Shown here piece by piece: positions 62,452-64,000 of a stretch of DNA of 64,000 bases (position 1 is the first letter of the stretch; each line of letters opens with the position of its first letter). The notes under the pieces are model-generated. The model saw only the letters and a program-made list of their open reading frames with translations, ran no database searches and had not been told where the DNA came from. The DNA comes from Tetramitus jugosus. Taxonomy: Eukaryota; Protista; Heterolobosea. Made by a program: the position numbers and the translations under genes. The DNA lies in contig OW569383.1 of NCBI GenBank assembly GCA_937625935.1, positions 379,333 through 443,332 on the forward strand, given 5' to 3'.

Positions 62452-63076
62452 ATACATCCTGGATTCCCCAACCTAAGGAAACGATTTCCTTATATGGTAA
62501 TTTTTTTTTGAGATTTTTTATTGCTCTAGGAGCTTCATCTGGTTGAGGTGAAGAGATTGGCGAGGTTTTCAACTCGATTTGAGCTTTATCGGCTCGTAGA
62601 GCCGATATATCTGTGCTGTATTTAACAGATTTTTATCGGCAACAGTGTTAAAACTGCAATAGCTTGTAGACGATTTTGATCCTATACTGGGGATAAGAGG
62701 TACATGTTAAACATGATTTCTTTGTCTTAGACCAGAGTATTGAGACATTATTTGATCATTTTTAACATGATTTCCTACTAAATATATTTTTTGACTTGAT
62801 GTCTTATGACTTGATTTTTCTGAAATTTTGACTAACTTGATTTTGCGTTTTTCTGAATAGAATCGACAATTTTTATCAAATAATCACAGTATGATCAGAT
62901 GTTTTATCTATTATTGAGACTTTTCGATTCAAAATACTTTAAAACAGTGAAATAGTGAAGTTTCAAATTTGAATCGTGTTTATAGTTGAAAGGCCACATC
63001 CAAACCGTCAGAAATCCAGATAACTAGCTTTTTCTGAGTGACAATTCAGATTTATGATTGAAATAGACTGAGAGTC

Positions 63077-63104
63077 TTTGGTGTGGGTTTGGGTTTGGGT
63101 TTGG
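63077..63104 (+). repeat. Interstitial telomeric tract 2
   Basis: TTTGGTGTGGGTTTGGGTTTGGGTTTGG. Confidence 0.85.
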
Positions 63105-63300
63105 TGTTACATTAGTAAAGCCCCTGAGCAGTGAGCTGACAGCGATAGCTGGCAGTTTTGATGAAAGGAGGTAGAAAATGAAAGTTTGTGATGGCAAGAG
63201 TGATTTTACTTCCACTACAGATTAATAGAGAGGATTTTGATATCAAACTGGTTTTGTTTCGAATTTTGATGAAAATTTTGATTTTTGAAGACAAAGTTGA

Positions 63301-64000
63301 TTTGGGTTTGGGTTTGGGTTTGGGTTTGGGTTTGGGTTTGGGTTTGGGTTTGGGTTTGGGTTTGGGTTTGGGTTTGGGTTTGGGTTTGGGTTTGGGTTTG
63401 GGTTTGGGTTTGGGTTTGGGTTTGGGTTTGGGTTTGGGTTTGGGTTTGGGTTTGGGTTTGGGTTTGGGTTTGGGTTTGGGTTTGGGTTTGGGTTTGGGTT
63501 TGGGTTTGGGTTTGGGTTTGGGTTTGGGTTTGGGTTTGGGTTTGGGTTTGGGTTTGGGTTTGGGTTTGGGTTTGGGTTTGGGTTTGGGTTTGGGTTTGGG
63601 TTTGGGTTTGGGTTTGGGTTTGGGTTTGGGTTTGGGTTTGGGTTTGGGTTTGGGTTTGGGTTTGGGTTTGGGTTTGGGTTTGGGTTTGGGTTTGGGTTTG
63701 GGTTTGGGTTTGGGTTTGGGTTTGGGTTTGGGTTTGGGTTTGGGTTTGGGTTTGGGTTTGGGTTTGGGTTTGGGTTTGGGTTTGGGTTTGGGTTTGGGTT
63801 TGGGTTTGGGTTTGGGTTTGGGTTTGGGTTTGGGTTTGGGTTTGGGTTTGGGTTTGGGTTTGGGTTTGGGTTTGGGTTTGGGTTTGGGTTTGGGTTTGGG
63901 TTTGGGTTTGGGTTTGGGTTTGGGTTTGGGTTTGGGTTTGGGTTTGGGTTTGGGTTTGGGTTTGGGTTGGGGGGGGTTGGGTGTGTGGGTTTGGGTTTGG
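63301..64000 (+). repeat. Telomere, (TTTGGG)n, over 110 units
   Basis: Uninterrupted TTTGGG array to the window end with the G-rich strand running 5'->3' outward; degenerate only in about the last 35 nt. Confidence 0.98.

Noticed and set aside
63967-63990. Variant telomere units at the extreme end
   Set aside because: Probably low-coverage consensus error at the contig terminus.

Overview
Right-hand end of a gene-dense eukaryotic (protist) chromosome. It uses the standard genetic code, has short GTATGT...AG introns and ends in about 700 bp of (TTTGGG)n telomere. Poly-Asn proteins, DUF4116 repeats and RCC1/EGF surface proteins suggest a heterolobosean (Naegleria-like) organism; this is inference. 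About 1-26 kb is compact core genome: TXNDC9/PLP3, an F-box/LRR protein, a candidate Ig-fold transcription factor, ALDH, eIF3e, PinX1, a TRIP12-like HECT ligase, a bacterial-type GNAT and TDP2. About 26-63 kb is subtelomeric. It is dominated by a roughly 9,270-aa type I membrane protein with 16 RCC1-propeller modules separated by EGF pairs and a 25-EGF stalk. Its central modules are a mosaic of DNA-homogenised and divergent blocks with signs of inter-module recombination, and two modules carry Cys-rich loop inserts, making it a candidate diversifying surface-receptor system. Distal to it are a divergent kinase, a 206-bp MITE, a decayed transposase-like/SWIM pseudogene truncated at an internal telomeric tract, and the telomere. 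All family assignments come from motif recognition by eye, not database searches.
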